A stretch of 64,000 nt of DNA from assembly GCA_964447905.1 (NCBI GenBank), contig CAYUUK010000002.1:21176-85175 (forward strand). Direction: 5' to 3'. The notes below the pieces were generated by a model that did no database searches, was not told the origin of the DNA, and saw nothing but the letters and a program-made list of their open reading frames with translations. Positions within the stretch are counted from its first letter, which is position 1. The number at the start of each line of letters is the position of its first letter. The position numbers were made by a program, and so were the translations under genes. Shown here piece after piece: positions 19,117 to 29,442 of the stretch. This DNA is from an uncultured Pseudomonadales bacterium. GTDB lineage: Bacteria > Patescibacteriota > Microgenomatia > UBA1400 > UBA1396.

Positions 19117-19678
19117 CTCCTTGCTCTAACTCACTCAACACGATGTCTACATTCATAACATACCGGCCAGCTTCGTCTCGCTGAACACTGCTAATCGCAA
19201 TGGCATCAATTTTCTCCCGCATGTCTGGCTCACGCAGAGTGTCCAAAAAGATTTCAACAGAAAAAACATCTTGGGCTTCTACGCGAAAGGTAAGTCGGCG
19301 CATTTGCGTATCGTAGTTCACAGCGTCAAACGCAATGGTTGGGACGAGCAGTTGAGCGAGAAAATCGAGGGCTTCTTTTTTGGGACTCCGCTCGTCCATA
19401 ATCTCTGCGATCGAGGCAAGTCGGGTAGTGTAGAGAATGTACTCCGCTTCTTCAGCTGCTGCCGCACGGACCACTCTCTCTTGCTGTTGAATCTGTTCTT
19501 CCACGAGCGCCAGCTGTTGTCCCGACCAATACCAGTAAGCTCCGGCAGCGGCAGTTAGAGTGAGTGCCACACCAAAAACTCCCACCGCAGCAGTGAGAAT
19601 TTTGCGATCAAGCGAGTGCAACTGCTCCAGTCGCCGCCGCTTTCGACTCATGAAGTTGATATCGTTGGTTATTCGCAT
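19106..19678 (-). CDS. pilN: Type IV pilus alignment protein, PilN-like
   Basis: INFM (INLL-like) motif, TM helix, coiled coil; follows pilM. Confidence 0.7.
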   Translation of the reverse strand: MRITNDINFMSRKRRRLEQLHSLDRKILTAAVGVFGVALTLTAAAGAYWYWSGQQLALVEEQIQQQERVVRAAAAEEAEYILYTTRLASIAEIMDERSPKKEALDFLAQLLVPTIAFDAVNYDTQMRRLTFRVEAQDVFSVEIFLDTLREPDMREKIDAIAISSVQRDEAGRYVMNVDIVLSELEQGDEV

Positions 19679-19682
19679 GGTG

Positions 19683-20702
19683 TTACTTATTCTTCATTGC
19701 TAGTCCAGCCGCAATAATAAAGCGACTATCTTGCTGCACTGGTTCCTTCCAAGTGAGCTGCTCCATACGGTTGAGCTCAACCGGAACCATTTCTACTGAT
19801 ACAGCCTGAGATAAGTACGGTAAGAGATCCGGCAAATAGAGTGATCCGCCAGTTACAAAAATACGCTGAATCGTGCCACCAGCATTTTGACCAGAAAAGA
19901 AGCGGAGCGCCTTTTGAATCTCGGTTACCAGCGAGTCAACAACTGGCACAAGCGCATTACGCACTCTTCCTTCTAACTGGTTCGCTAAAAGACCATAGGT
20001 GCGTTTGTACTCTTCCGCGCGCTGGGGATCAAGCCCAACGCCACGCTCAATGGCTCGAGAAAAGAGGATTCCAGCAATAGGTGTCGCATGCACAAACTGG
20101 AGCTGTCCTTTGCCAATCAAAGCAATTACCGAGGAAGAAGCTCCAATGTGGAAAAGTGCCACATTTTCTTCACCCTGGGATAAAAACTGCAGTACCCGCA
20201 ACTGGGCTAGGGTATCGGTCTCCATATCGATAACATCAAGATTTGCTTCGAGCAAAAGATCGGCAAAATCATTCACAAACTGTTTCTTGACCCCTATCAT
20301 AAGCACATCCATATTTTGCACAGGATCATTCTTCTCACTGCGACGCAGCACCGCATACTCATACTCCATTTCCTCGAGCGGAATGGGGATATGCTGCTCA
20401 ACCTGCCATTGGATAGCCGAAGCGAGTTCCGCTTCTGACAAGGCCGGCATCGTGACCAGCTTGGTCGAGACCATTTGTTCGGCGAGTGCCACGCGAATGT
20501 TACTCTGCGGTAATTTGTAATCAGCAAACATTTTTACGAGCGTATCAATGAGCTGCTGTCGCTTCTGCGGATTATCGGGGTAGATGGCACCAATCGGGTT
20601 TGGTATTTGTACCACCTGCTCAATGTGCGCACCATTTTTTTGCGGTTTTCCAACTACCGCTTTTATTGCATATGAGCCGATATCAAGACCAACAATTTTC
20701 AT
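19683..20702 (-). CDS. pilM: Type IV pilus assembly protein PilM
   Basis: VGLDIGSYAIK actin-like motif, HIPIPLEE, HIGASSS, VTGGS and AAGLAMK motifs. Confidence 0.93.
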   Translation of the reverse strand: MKIVGLDIGSYAIKAVVGKPQKNGAHIEQVVQIPNPIGAIYPDNPQKRQQLIDTLVKMFADYKLPQSNIRVALAEQMVSTKLVTMPALSEAELASAIQWQVEQHIPIPLEEMEYEYAVLRRSEKNDPVQNMDVLMIGVKKQFVNDFADLLLEANLDVIDMETDTLAQLRVLQFLSQGEENVALFHIGASSSVIALIGKGQLQFVHATPIAGILFSRAIERGVGLDPQRAEEYKRTYGLLANQLEGRVRNALVPVVDSLVTEIQKALRFFSGQNAGGTIQRIFVTGGSLYLPDLLPYLSQAVSVEMVPVELNRMEQLTWKEPVQQDSRFIIAAGLAMKNK

Positions 20703-20714
20703 ATTACTGTGTTC

Positions 20715-21485
20715 CTATTTAATAATTGTCGTACCAGAAATGAGGGCATAATCGAGCAGAGTAGGTGCGTACTCAGCTGTTCGCTCTACCTCAATTGCTT
20801 TTGTTTCTCGCCCGAGCTCATTTCGTGCCACGGAGTTGATGGTGAATTCTTGTGTGGGCAACGTCCACCCATTGCCGTTTACCAATATGTCCGTATCTCC
20901 ATAAATAGGAGTGACACGAATAAATGCATCGCCTGTTTCGAGAGTAATAGCTACTTGGCGGGAGTATTCACTGCCAGGGGTAGCAACGAGTTCCATACCG
21001 TCAGATCGATCACAAATTGCGTACCCATAGTGGCGAGCGACTGGCTCAGCCCCAGATGAATTGATAACACTCACTAAAAGAGAGGCTGGAGATCCAGAGC
21101 CACAGTCAGTGGTATCTGACCACTGCACAATCACTTCCTGTCCCACTGATCCGCTGGACACATTGATCTCAGCAGTGGCACCTTCGAGTAGCTCGGTGGT
21201 AAGTTCATTCTCGGTGCCGACCGAGTAATTCACCGTCACATTTTCAACACCAGTGTACTCACCGGTGGTAGTTTGTTCTAGCGCAGCTTCATCTCGAGAA
21301 AGTATTTCTTCCAGAGCAGCTTCAGCCGCACTAAAGGTCTGGGTGGCTTCCTGAGACTGACGCGCATTTCTCACGTCACTTGAGGAGCGAGTTGCCAAAG
21401 AAATACCAATTGTCGACATGACTACCATGACCAAAATAACCGCTATTCCGACTTGACCTGATTGAGAAAAACGTGTCGATGACAT
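20715..21485 (-). CDS. Minor pilin, PilX/GspK-like
   Basis: G|QVGIAVILVMVV prepilin cleavage site lacking Glu5; AAEAALE motif. Confidence 0.8.
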   Translation of the reverse strand: MSSTRFSQSGQVGIAVILVMVVMSTIGISLATRSSSDVRNARQSQEATQTFSAAEAALEEILSRDEAALEQTTTGEYTGVENVTVNYSVGTENELTTELLEGATAEINVSSGSVGQEVIVQWSDTTDCGSGSPASLLVSVINSSGAEPVARHYGYAICDRSDGMELVATPGSEYSRQVAITLETGDAFIRVTPIYGDTDILVNGNGWTLPTQEFTINSVARNELGRETKAIEVERTAEYAPTLLDYALISGTTIIK

Positions 21486-21553
21486 ACTGATTCAGTGTAT
21501 CATCTTACCGATCTCGATGCATGCACCGTGCTCACGCCGCACGGAAAATACAC

Positions 21554-22114
21554 CTACTGATATGAACGAACATACACTTGGGTTGAGAAAGTCTCTTGGT
21601 AGTATGACTCAGGAGACAAAGTATCGGGATTTCCCGTAGAAATGGTGGCCGATACAGTTACCAGCGCGCCACTTTGTTCTGCTGACTGCTGACACGAAAA
21701 AACAAAAGAATCAACCGATACCGATTCGCTGGACAAGTAACTGGTAGGTGGATCAGTAATGACATCTCCAGAGTTAGAGGCTACACGAAAGTCATCAGTT
21801 AAAAATAACTCAATACTGCCGCTATCTTGGGCGCGCACACGAATGGAGTCCATCGTTGGCTGACACACTTCGCCATTTTGGTTTTCTTCAAGATACCGAG
21901 CGTTACGAATTAAAAAAGACACCCGATCCATGACAAAAGAAGCCTCGCTACGCACTTTATTAATAGTGGTCGAGCGAGTGCCTCGCACTTGTGAGTTTAC
22001 TAAAACCGATACGGATACCACACTAATAATGGCAGTAATGGTAACCACAGTAATCAACTCAATAATGGTAAAGCCATTCATCTTTCTTTTTTCCTGTGCC
22101 ACCACTACTCCCAA
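21554..22114 (-). CDS. Minor pilin, PilW-like
   Basis: G|FTIIEL N-methyl site; IRNA motif; exact start uncertain (22114, 22102 or 22081). Confidence 0.8.
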   Translation of the reverse strand: MGVVVAQEKRKMNGFTIIELITVVTITAIISVVSVSVLVNSQVRGTRSTTINKVRSEASFVMDRVSFLIRNARYLEENQNGEVCQPTMDSIRVRAQDSGSIELFLTDDFRVASNSGDVITDPPTSYLSSESVSVDSFVFSCQQSAEQSGALVTVSATISTGNPDTLSPESYYQETFSTQVYVRSYQ

Positions 22115-22599
22115 TCCGCTAAAACTGTTTCTAAACTGGTAGTTATTTCACCTGAGCTTCCAGGACGAGTAACCGTGGAAACGACTACCACTTCCGTATC
22201 AGAAACCCTTTCCAGAGTGAGCTCTCGCAAAAATTGCGTATCAGCAATAACTTCCTCATCAGTACACTCACCAGGACTACTCACAATCAAGTCCGCAAAT
22301 GTTGAGGGAAGCGTGGGAACACAGTACTCTACGGTACTTCCTCGTGCCTCCAAAGCAGAGGAGAACACTCCCCACCCAACCACGTCCCGTTGGTTTCGCA
22401 CCCATTCGAGACTTTCTTGTGCATATGAAGTGGCCTGTGTTTGCTCGAGCGCCACCCGCGAGTTCCCCACCGACTGAATAACAGAGGAGAGAATAGCTAC
22501 TAACACTAAAGAAACCATAGCTGTCGCAAAGGTCACCTCAATGAGAGACTGACCGGCTCGTGAAAAAACTTGCGGGAACGTTCCACGCTGATAGTTCAT
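22105..22599 (-). CDS. Minor pilin, PilV-like
   Basis: G|QSLIEV prepilin motif; AQESLEWVRNQRD. Confidence 0.8.
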   Translation of the reverse strand: MNYQRGTFPQVFSRAGQSLIEVTFATAMVSLVLVAILSSVIQSVGNSRVALEQTQATSYAQESLEWVRNQRDVVGWGVFSSALEARGSTVEYCVPTLPSTFADLIVSSPGECTDEEVIADTQFLRELTLERVSDTEVVVVSTVTRPGSSGEITTSLETVLADWE

Positions 22600-22689
22600 A
22601 CTGCTCTAAGCGTAGCAGGGTGGAGGAAAGAATAAAAGAGTGAGGCCATTCTTGATAGAACCGTTTCCAGCCGTCTCAACCCACACACT

Positions 22690-23193
22690 TCAGTCGGAGA
22701 TGAGTTGTCCTTCGGAAATCACTCCCTGGTCACTCACCGCAAACTCATAGCGAACTGATGTGTCTTCAAACTCACCAATAGAGATGGTAACTGGCGCGCC
22801 AGGTATCGGCCCCGGTAATGGCGGGAAAAAAAGCTCAAAGTCATCCAGCAAGTACTCTCCAGACTGGAGAGTATAGGTTTGCTGTTGTAAATCGGCTCCA
22901 GAATCATCGCACCGCACTGCCACATAGTAGTTCTGTGTTCCCTGTACACCCCAAACTCGATAGTAGTTCAAACGGGTACAGTCATCGTCTGGCTTATCAC
23001 CACCACGACTGCGCTCACGAGCTGACTGCAGCACAGCTTGCACATCGCGCGCGGACTCAATTTTTGTTTGCCGAGAAGCAAAAGAGGTATAAGCGGCAAA
23101 AGCACCACCCATCAGTAAGAGGCTCAAAGTAGTAGTCACTAAAAGCTCAATAAAGGTGAAACCGTGCTGGCTATCTTGGTTGCGTAACCACAT
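22690..23193 (-). CDS. Minor pilin, FimT/GspH-like
   Basis: G|FTFIELL prepilin motif; LQSARERS. Confidence 0.8.
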   Translation of the reverse strand: MWLRNQDSQHGFTFIELLVTTTLSLLLMGGAFAAYTSFASRQTKIESARDVQAVLQSARERSRGGDKPDDDCTRLNYYRVWGVQGTQNYYVAVRCDDSGADLQQQTYTLQSGEYLLDDFELFFPPLPGPIPGAPVTISIGEFEDTSVRYEFAVSDQGVISEGQLISD

Positions 23194-23692
23194 AGATTCC
23201 TTCTCCGCTATAGCCGTACTGCTCACCGTTTACCAAATCATCATCAACATTCTCTAAACGAGTAAGGAGATGGTAGGAGGTATCACTTATCTGCACGTAG
23301 TTGTAGGTGTACTCAGGTTCGTCAGAGTTTCCAATAAAGGTGAGGGCATTTTGTCGCGGATCAACTGGGAGCTCAGAAATATAGTCTTCGTCTAAACCTG
23401 GAATCCAAGGCGTGCGGCATCCCGGCCAAGTAGCACTCGAATTACAGAGAGAATGCTCGGGATATGCGCCAGTATTGAGTTTGTACACTTCGAGCGCTGC
23501 TTGCAAGGCTGCCAGGTCTTTTTTGCGGCGCGCATCACGGGTGTGTTCACTACTAGAAACAAACGAAACCATTACTACGCTGGCAAGTACACCGATAATC
23601 ACGGTTACGACCAAAATTTCTATCAACGTAAATCCAGCACGGCTTTGTTGGCGGTTGAGAGTGGCAAATGTGGGAAAGAATTTCTTGATCAT
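23171..23692 (-). CDS. Type IV pilin, GspG-like paralog 3
   Basis: G|FTLIEIL, RDARRKKDL..ALEVY..YP and LPVDP motifs. Confidence 0.87.
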   Translation of the reverse strand: MIKKFFPTFATLNRQQSRAGFTLIEILVVTVIIGVLASVVMVSFVSSSEHTRDARRKKDLAALQAALEVYKLNTGAYPEHSLCNSSATWPGCRTPWIPGLDEDYISELPVDPRQNALTFIGNSDEPEYTYNYVQISDTSYHLLTRLENVDDDLVNGEQYGYSGEGIYVVTQPR

Positions 23693-23694
23693 AG

Positions 23695-24153
23695 CTAGTC
23701 CGTTAAACAATAGTAGTCATCATCCGTGTAGCCGCAGTTACTGCAAATTTGTCCGCCATTTTCAGTCTCCATGCGAACACTCAGTTCAAAAGAACACCCC
23801 GGCTGTTCCACCAGGCGATATCGATAGTACTGCGTGGCATCGTTCACTGGGTCAAGATAGGTGCGGGAGGTATACTCAGCCGGGAGATTTTCCAGGAAGG
23901 TTCCATCACTGCTCACCTCATACCCGCCGAGTTCGTTTTCTGAATCAGGATACTGCCCATTTTCCAGCCGATAGTTCTCAAGAATACCTCGCAGCTCTTG
24001 CAGATCTGTTTTGCGACGCGCATCACGGGCATTCCGATTAGCCTGCCGGAAACTGACGATCACCACCGCAGTTAAAATACCAATAATTGCCGTGACAACG
24101 AGCAACTCAATAAAAGAAAAGCCTCGTCTCGATTTATTGTAGGTTCTGCGCAC
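23695..24153 (-). CDS. Type IV pilin, GspG-like paralog 2
   Basis: G|FSFIELL and ARDARRKTDL..LENY..YP motifs; GTG 24153 preceded by GGAG. Confidence 0.87.
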   Translation of the reverse strand: MRRTYNKSRRGFSFIELLVVTAIIGILTAVVIVSFRQANRNARDARRKTDLQELRGILENYRLENGQYPDSENELGGYEVSSDGTFLENLPAEYTSRTYLDPVNDATQYYRYRLVEQPGCSFELSVRMETENGGQICSNCGYTDDDYYCLTD

Positions 24154-24559
24154 AGAAATAATCTCCACCACTGGCAAAGTCAGTACAGTCGTTTGTATTC
24201 GAGTTTCCAGTACCTTCGCGTTCTAAAATCGCACAGACACAATAGGTGTTTGCCGAACAAGTAAGTTCATACCCAAAATTTTCATCACCGGTTTTCGGGT
24301 CAGATGGCACACCATTGGGGAGAACTTCTACCAACTCTTCGTCAGTACAGTCTGTGGGATACGCGGTATAGCGAGCATAGTACTGCTCAAGGGCATTGCG
24401 CATACCGGTCACGTCACTTCGGCGACGAGAGTCCCGACCGCTTTGCTGTGCGGTGGTAAAACTCACCGTTCCAAGGGCAATGAGAATTCCAATAATGGAG
24501 ATTGAAACGAGCAGTTCAAACAGCGTAAAACCACGAGAAGAGTATCCAGACAGTGTCAT
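24134..24559 (-). CDS. Type IV pilin, GspG-like paralog 1
   Basis: G|FTLFELL, RDSRRRSDV..ALEQY..YP and PSDP motifs. Confidence 0.87.
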   Translation of the reverse strand: MTLSGYSSRGFTLFELLVSISIIGILIALGTVSFTTAQQSGRDSRRRSDVTGMRNALEQYYARYTAYPTDCTDEELVEVLPNGVPSDPKTGDENFGYELTCSANTYCVCAILEREGTGNSNTNDCTDFASGGDYFCAQNLQ

Positions 24560-24610
24560 ATACAATCAGTATACATCTATTCGAGTTGAATACGAAGAAC
24601 CGCGAATACC

Positions 24611-25522
24611 TTAGTTCATTTGTACTGACATACTACTCAAGCGCGTAATTGGTGAAGCCACACCTCGCACATCTACTGCTTGCACCGTAACTGGAAACAC
24701 ACAGGTGCCCTGCGGACAACTATACTCTTTGGTCAGCAAAGAAGACGCCTTCTGCACTGTTTGCGAAGTTCCGTCGCCAAAATCTATGGTCACCGACTCT
24801 ATCGGTGCCGCACTTTCATCAAAGTCGAACGAGAATAAAACAAGCGAAGAGGTGCCTTGCAAGTAAATAGTTCGCTGCTCGTAATCCAGTGGTGGGTCAC
24901 TCACAAAAGAGAGAAGAGTGGGTCGCTGCAAACAACTCTGGTAACAATTCTGACTGCAGTCAACCACTCCGGCACTGAGCAGCTCGCCCTCACCTTGTTC
25001 GGTTTCAGCATCACAACACACATATCCAAAAGCCTGGCAAGCACTTGCTGGACGAGACGCGGTGTAGTTTGTGGTGCCCCAAATATGCTTGACACTTTCG
25101 CCATCAGCATAGATCACTCGTGATCGACCAAAAAAATCTACCTGCAACTCACCCTGCAAAGTTTGTGTGGCAAAGTTGTAGTAAAACCCAGCAGACCCCA
25201 ACGACTTTTCAACTCCCCGCATGAGACTCACTCTTTCGCGCTCAACGGGCTGCACGGTAGTACAGTCCACTTCCAAAACATACTGACTCTGATCTACAAA
25301 TCGCAGCTGAAAACCAGCATATGGTGTTGAACCAGTAATACGGGAAGTACTGCAACCAGCCAAATACTCTTCCCACTGCTTTGGAAACTGGAGTGAACGC
25401 GCATCGGACGCCACTTGCTCTGCGGCCATATACAGAATAACTTCTCGCCCTACATAATAGCCTACCAGCGCCAACACAAAGAGGATGATAGTAAAGCGAA
25501 TAAACGTCGATAAAAAACTCAT
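24611..25522 (-). CDS. Membrane-anchored Cys-rich protein with C-terminal PKD-like domain
   Basis: N-terminal TM; C-x5-CC..C-x3-C-x3-C cluster; IDFGDGT PKD motif; overlaps pilD by 4 nt. Confidence 0.7.
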   Translation of the reverse strand: MSFLSTFIRFTIILFVLALVGYYVGREVILYMAAEQVASDARSLQFPKQWEEYLAGCSTSRITGSTPYAGFQLRFVDQSQYVLEVDCTTVQPVERERVSLMRGVEKSLGSAGFYYNFATQTLQGELQVDFFGRSRVIYADGESVKHIWGTTNYTASRPASACQAFGYVCCDAETEQGEGELLSAGVVDCSQNCYQSCLQRPTLLSFVSDPPLDYEQRTIYLQGTSSLVLFSFDFDESAAPIESVTIDFGDGTSQTVQKASSLLTKEYSCPQGTCVFPVTVQAVDVRGVASPITRLSSMSVQMN

Positions 25523-26322
25523 AGAAATTGCAAATACCAGCGTAGCAGAGAATCACCCCAGATCAAAGTAGTAGCCGTGCCCGCTATCAAAAAAGGCGCA
25601 AAAGGAATTGGAACTCCACGGTGCTGTTTACGAGCGATAAGCAACGCACTTCCCACCACCGCACCATACACAAAGCCAAGAAAAAGCCCTATCAATACAT
25701 TTGGCCACTCCATCAAGAGTCCCAAAGCAAACACGAGTTTCACATCACCAAAGCCCATGCCACGGCCTTTGGTGAGTATCCATAGGAACAAGAAAAAGCT
25801 CAGAGCCACGGTGGCACCAAACAAGGCCCACGCCAAATTCTGGGGATTATAAATACCAAAACCAATCAGGACAAATCGATAGAGCAAAGTCATAAAACTC
25901 AGCGCGAGAACAGTCCAATCAGGAATGTAGTATGCCTGGAGATCTGTAAGCACAATAATCAGCAAAATGAGACCCACTAACAACCAGAAAACTGGCTGAA
26001 TAACGGCTAGCGGCTGCAGCGAAAGTTGAAAGAACGCAAACCCAATAGCAAACCACCACACAAATAACGAAGCGGTAAGGAGCTCTACAACTGGATGCAT
26101 GATGTCGATAGATGAGCGACAAGTGCGGCACTTTCCTCGCAAAACCAAGTAAGAAGCTAAAGGAATGAGCTCAAACCACTCCAGCTCCCGTCGACAGGTA
26201 TCACAGCGTGAACGCCCACAGACAAATTGTTCTCCGGCTAGGCTACGAATAACGAGCACATTTACGAAACTGCCCACAACCGTACCAATCAGAAAAATAA
26301 ATGGTATGAGCAGCCAAGTCAT
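25519..26322 (-). CDS. pilD: Prepilin peptidase/N-methyltransferase
   Basis: GSFVNV, RSRCDTC, GKCRTC and GMGFGDVKL motifs; IPFAPFL. Confidence 0.96.
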   Translation of the reverse strand: MTWLLIPFIFLIGTVVGSFVNVLVIRSLAGEQFVCGRSRCDTCRRELEWFELIPLASYLVLRGKCRTCRSSIDIMHPVVELLTASLFVWWFAIGFAFFQLSLQPLAVIQPVFWLLVGLILLIIVLTDLQAYYIPDWTVLALSFMTLLYRFVLIGFGIYNPQNLAWALFGATVALSFFLFLWILTKGRGMGFGDVKLVFALGLLMEWPNVLIGLFLGFVYGAVVGSALLIARKQHRGVPIPFAPFLIAGTATTLIWGDSLLRWYLQFL

Positions 26323-26350
26323 AGTCGAGACAGCATATCACATTCACTCC

Positions 26351-26381
26351 AAAAAAAGAGCCTCCTTTCACAAGGGGGCTC
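26351..26381 (-). terminator. Intrinsic terminator after the major pilin gene
   Basis: Minus strand gagcccccttgtgaaaggaggctc hairpin followed by T7. Confidence 0.85.
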
Positions 26382-26410
26382 ATTTATTTTTATTTTCATT
26401 TTCTTTTGTC

Positions 26411-27040
26411 TTATGGGAGACAGACGAGACAGGCATTTGTATCAGTAAAGCTGTCATCACAGTTCGCCGGACAGGAAATGGCTTCTACGTCATCGTCCAC
26501 ACCGCCGTTGGTACATCGAGAAGAGGCTTCTTGGTCAAAAGCGTTCGAAGATGGGGCAAAACAGACGTACATGGTAGCATTTGCCGTGCCAGGCTTGTAG
26601 ATAACGTACTCGACTTTATCGTCGGTGGTTAAGCGGTTTACAAAGCCAGACTTCACTTCTGCGGTAGTTTCGAGAATATTAATCCATTCCCAAGAGCTAA
26701 TGGTGTTGGTGCCGCCAGGGAAAGAAGCAGCACCGGTTTCATCGAAACCAATTGGATCTTCATAATCATCCACAACATCAGCGCCAGCCCAATCAGCGGT
26801 GGCAGTATTCCAAGGATACTCTTCATGGATAGAGAAGTAGCGGTCAACAGCATTGATGAGCTGAGCAGCGTCAGAACGGGTACGAGTGTCACGACCTTTG
26901 TTAATCTGCTCAATTGGATTAATGGACGACAGCACGGCTACCGCCAAAATTCCAATCACCGAGATAACAACCAAGAGTTCAATCATGGTAAAACCGGCGA
27001 CACTTCGCATCTGTGATAAGAGTTTTCGGGGCAGCGTCAT
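26411..27040 (-). CDS. Probable major type IV pilin
   Basis: G|FTMIELLVVI; has its own consensus promoter and terminator; C-terminal cysteines. Confidence 0.88.
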   Translation of the reverse strand: MTLPRKLLSQMRSVAGFTMIELLVVISVIGILAVAVLSSINPIEQINKGRDTRTRSDAAQLINAVDRYFSIHEEYPWNTATADWAGADVVDDYEDPIGFDETGAASFPGGTNTISSWEWINILETTAEVKSGFVNRLTTDDKVEYVIYKPGTANATMYVCFAPSSNAFDQEASSRCTNGGVDDDVEAISCPANCDDSFTDTNACLVCLP

Positions 27041-27049
27041 ATGTGTTTA

Positions 27050-27078
27050 AGCGTAGTGAATCCGCGCGACGTTGTCAA
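27050..27078 (-). promoter_or_regulatory. Sigma70-type promoter of the major pilin gene
   Basis: Minus strand TTGACA (27078-27073), 17-nt spacer, TACGCT (27055-27050), 9 nt, then ATG. Confidence 0.75.
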
Positions 27079-27119
27079 TAGGTTTGCGAAGTTTGACGCA
27101 ATATTGACAGAATTTCGTA

Positions 27120-28319
27120 CTAGAACTGTGAGGTTAAGTTATAAATTGGCATGACAATAGCGATAATAAGGAAGCCAACGCCAATGCCCAAAACCACCAT
27201 AATCATTGGTTCAAGAGCGGTGGTAAGTCCTTTAATAGCGTGCTCGGTTTCGGACTCATAGTACTTGGCCAGTTTTTCCAGCACATCGTCGAGCTGACCA
27301 GTTTCTTCACCCACCGCCACCATTTGCGGCAAGAGCGGGGGAAACACCTCTTCTTTCTCCAGCGACCCAGAAAGCGGCCGCCCTTTTTCTACACCATTGC
27401 GAGCCGCTGCGATTGCATTCTGGTACACCAAGTTATTCATACCATTTTCGACAATATCGAGCGCTTCTAGCAGTGAAATACCAGCGGCAATCATCAACGA
27501 CATGGTGCGCGAAAACTCAGTTACTAAAACTTTTTGTTGTAACTGACCCATCACCGGAATTCGCAGTTGCAGTTGATCATACTGCAAAGCTCCTGCCGCT
27601 GTTCGCTTCCAAGCTCGAAACACCACAAACCCGCCCACCAGCAGAGCGCCAAAGACATACCACTGATTGCGCAGAAAACTCGATAAATCAATAAGCATCT
27701 GAGTTGCAAACGGCAACTCAGCATCAAAGTCGGCATACAACTCGGTCATGCGCGGCACCACAAAAACAAGCATGACAATAACCACTACGAGCATAGCGGT
27801 CAAAACGATGCCCGGATAGATCAATGCCCCTCGTGTTTTGGCGCGAAATTCTTTCTGCTTTTCGAGCGTATCAGCTAGACGCAAAAGGATGGTATCAAGC
27901 GCACCGGCTGCCTCACCAGCTTGCACAAGTGAAACATACACTTTGTCAAAGATGCTGTGCTTGGCTAGGGCATCACCCAAATTCGATCCACCTTCAATAT
28001 CTTGCACCATTTGACGAATCACTTTTTCAAATGCGGGCTTGGCTTGTCCTTGCAAGAGATTCAGCGCTTGAATCAGCGGCAAACCAGCGTTGATCATTGT
28101 GGCTAACTGACGAGTAAAGTTGACAATATCGTCCGCTTTCACACGAGAAAGTTGTGCGTTGATAGCGCTCAGTGTAGATTCTGAATGGTCTTTGAGCCCA
28201 ACAATAAAAAGACCTTTTTCCCGCAAAATAGAGGCCGCCACATCTTTATTTTTAGCCTCGACTTTTCCCTTTAATTTACGTCCGCTCGTGTCTCGCGCGC
28301 GGTACTCAAACTGTGGCAT
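27120..28319 (-). CDS. pilC: Type IV pilus platform protein PilC/GspF
   Basis: FTRQLATMINAGLPL, GEAAGALD, ALIYP, VGEETGQLD and LEP motifs. Confidence 0.96.
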   Translation of the reverse strand: MPQFEYRARDTSGRKLKGKVEAKNKDVAASILREKGLFIVGLKDHSESTLSAINAQLSRVKADDIVNFTRQLATMINAGLPLIQALNLLQGQAKPAFEKVIRQMVQDIEGGSNLGDALAKHSIFDKVYVSLVQAGEAAGALDTILLRLADTLEKQKEFRAKTRGALIYPGIVLTAMLVVVIVMLVFVVPRMTELYADFDAELPFATQMLIDLSSFLRNQWYVFGALLVGGFVVFRAWKRTAAGALQYDQLQLRIPVMGQLQQKVLVTEFSRTMSLMIAAGISLLEALDIVENGMNNLVYQNAIAAARNGVEKGRPLSGSLEKEEVFPPLLPQMVAVGEETGQLDDVLEKLAKYYESETEHAIKGLTTALEPMIMVVLGIGVGFLIIAIVMPIYNLTSQF

Positions 28320-28346
28320 AGATACTTTGTGCTGTTTTTTTCATCT

Positions 28347-29411
28347 TTAGTGACCCATCAAACGATCTAACTCAGATGGTCGAATGGCTCGACGCTTCGC
28401 CTCTTCATAGGAAATCTTTCCGCCATTAATGAGCTGCACTAAATGTGCCTCAAGCGTCATCATGCCAGCTTCACCAGAAGTTTGCATGACATTATCAATC
28501 TGGAAAGTCTTTCCTTCACGAATCAGGTTTTCCACCGCACTCGTATTCATGAGAATTTCTAAAGCGGGAATTCGCGACTGCCCATCTACAGCGGGAATTA
28601 AGCGTTGCGACACAACTGCTTTTAAGCTGGCAGCCAACTGTTGGCGAACTTGGCTCTGCTGATGCTGCGGAAAAACGTCGATAATACGGTCAACTGTTTC
28701 TGGACCAGAGTTGGTATGCAAAGTAGCAAACACTAAGTGACCAGTCTCTGCCACCGTCAGTGCTGACTGAATCGTTTCTAAATCACGCATTTCTCCCACT
28801 AAAACAATATCTGGATCTTCACGCAAGGCGGAACGTAGCGCATTCGTCCAGGAAAGAGTGTCTTCATGCACCTCGCGCTGAGAAATAACCGATTTTTCTG
28901 GCTCATACACAAACTCAATCGGATCCTCAATCGTAAGAATGTGCTCAGAGCGAGACTCGTTTATTTTTTGAATCATGGCTGCCAGAGTCGATGATTTACC
29001 GGTACCAGTCGGACCCGTTACCAATACCAATCCCGCTCCAAAGTTAGTCATATCATGGATGATTGGTGGAAGTCCGAGTTCATCGATACTTTTAATACGA
29101 ATGGGAATCAAACGCAACGCCGCGGCAATAGAACCACGCTGCGTATACACGTTCACACGGAAACGAGCTTTGTCTGCATATTGGTAGGAAAAGTCGACTT
29201 CTTTCTTCTCTTCAAAGACTTGAAACTGTGTCTCGTTCATTAACGGTTTAATGAGATCGTACGCCGCGGCCGCTGAGAGCGCCGACTCACCGTTCACCGG
29301 TAAGAGCTGACCATGAATCCGCACATGCGGACGATGTCCGGCTACCAGATGAAGGTCCGAAGCTTCATACTGGATAAGCATTTCCATCATTTGCACGAGT
29401 GTAGCTGCCAT
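28347..29411 (-). CDS. pilT: Type IV pilus retraction ATPase PilT
   Basis: ASDLHL, GPTGTGKS, TIEDPIE, LREDPD, GEMRD and ETGHLVFATLHT motifs; NLIREGK. Confidence 0.96.
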   Translation of the reverse strand: MAATLVQMMEMLIQYEASDLHLVAGHRPHVRIHGQLLPVNGESALSAAAAYDLIKPLMNETQFQVFEEKKEVDFSYQYADKARFRVNVYTQRGSIAAALRLIPIRIKSIDELGLPPIIHDMTNFGAGLVLVTGPTGTGKSSTLAAMIQKINESRSEHILTIEDPIEFVYEPEKSVISQREVHEDTLSWTNALRSALREDPDIVLVGEMRDLETIQSALTVAETGHLVFATLHTNSGPETVDRIIDVFPQHQQSQVRQQLAASLKAVVSQRLIPAVDGQSRIPALEILMNTSAVENLIREGKTFQIDNVMQTSGEAGMMTLEAHLVQLINGGKISYEEAKRRAIRPSELDRLMGH

Positions 29412-29442
29412 ACTGTCCTTATTCAGTTCTTCATTTTGCGTT

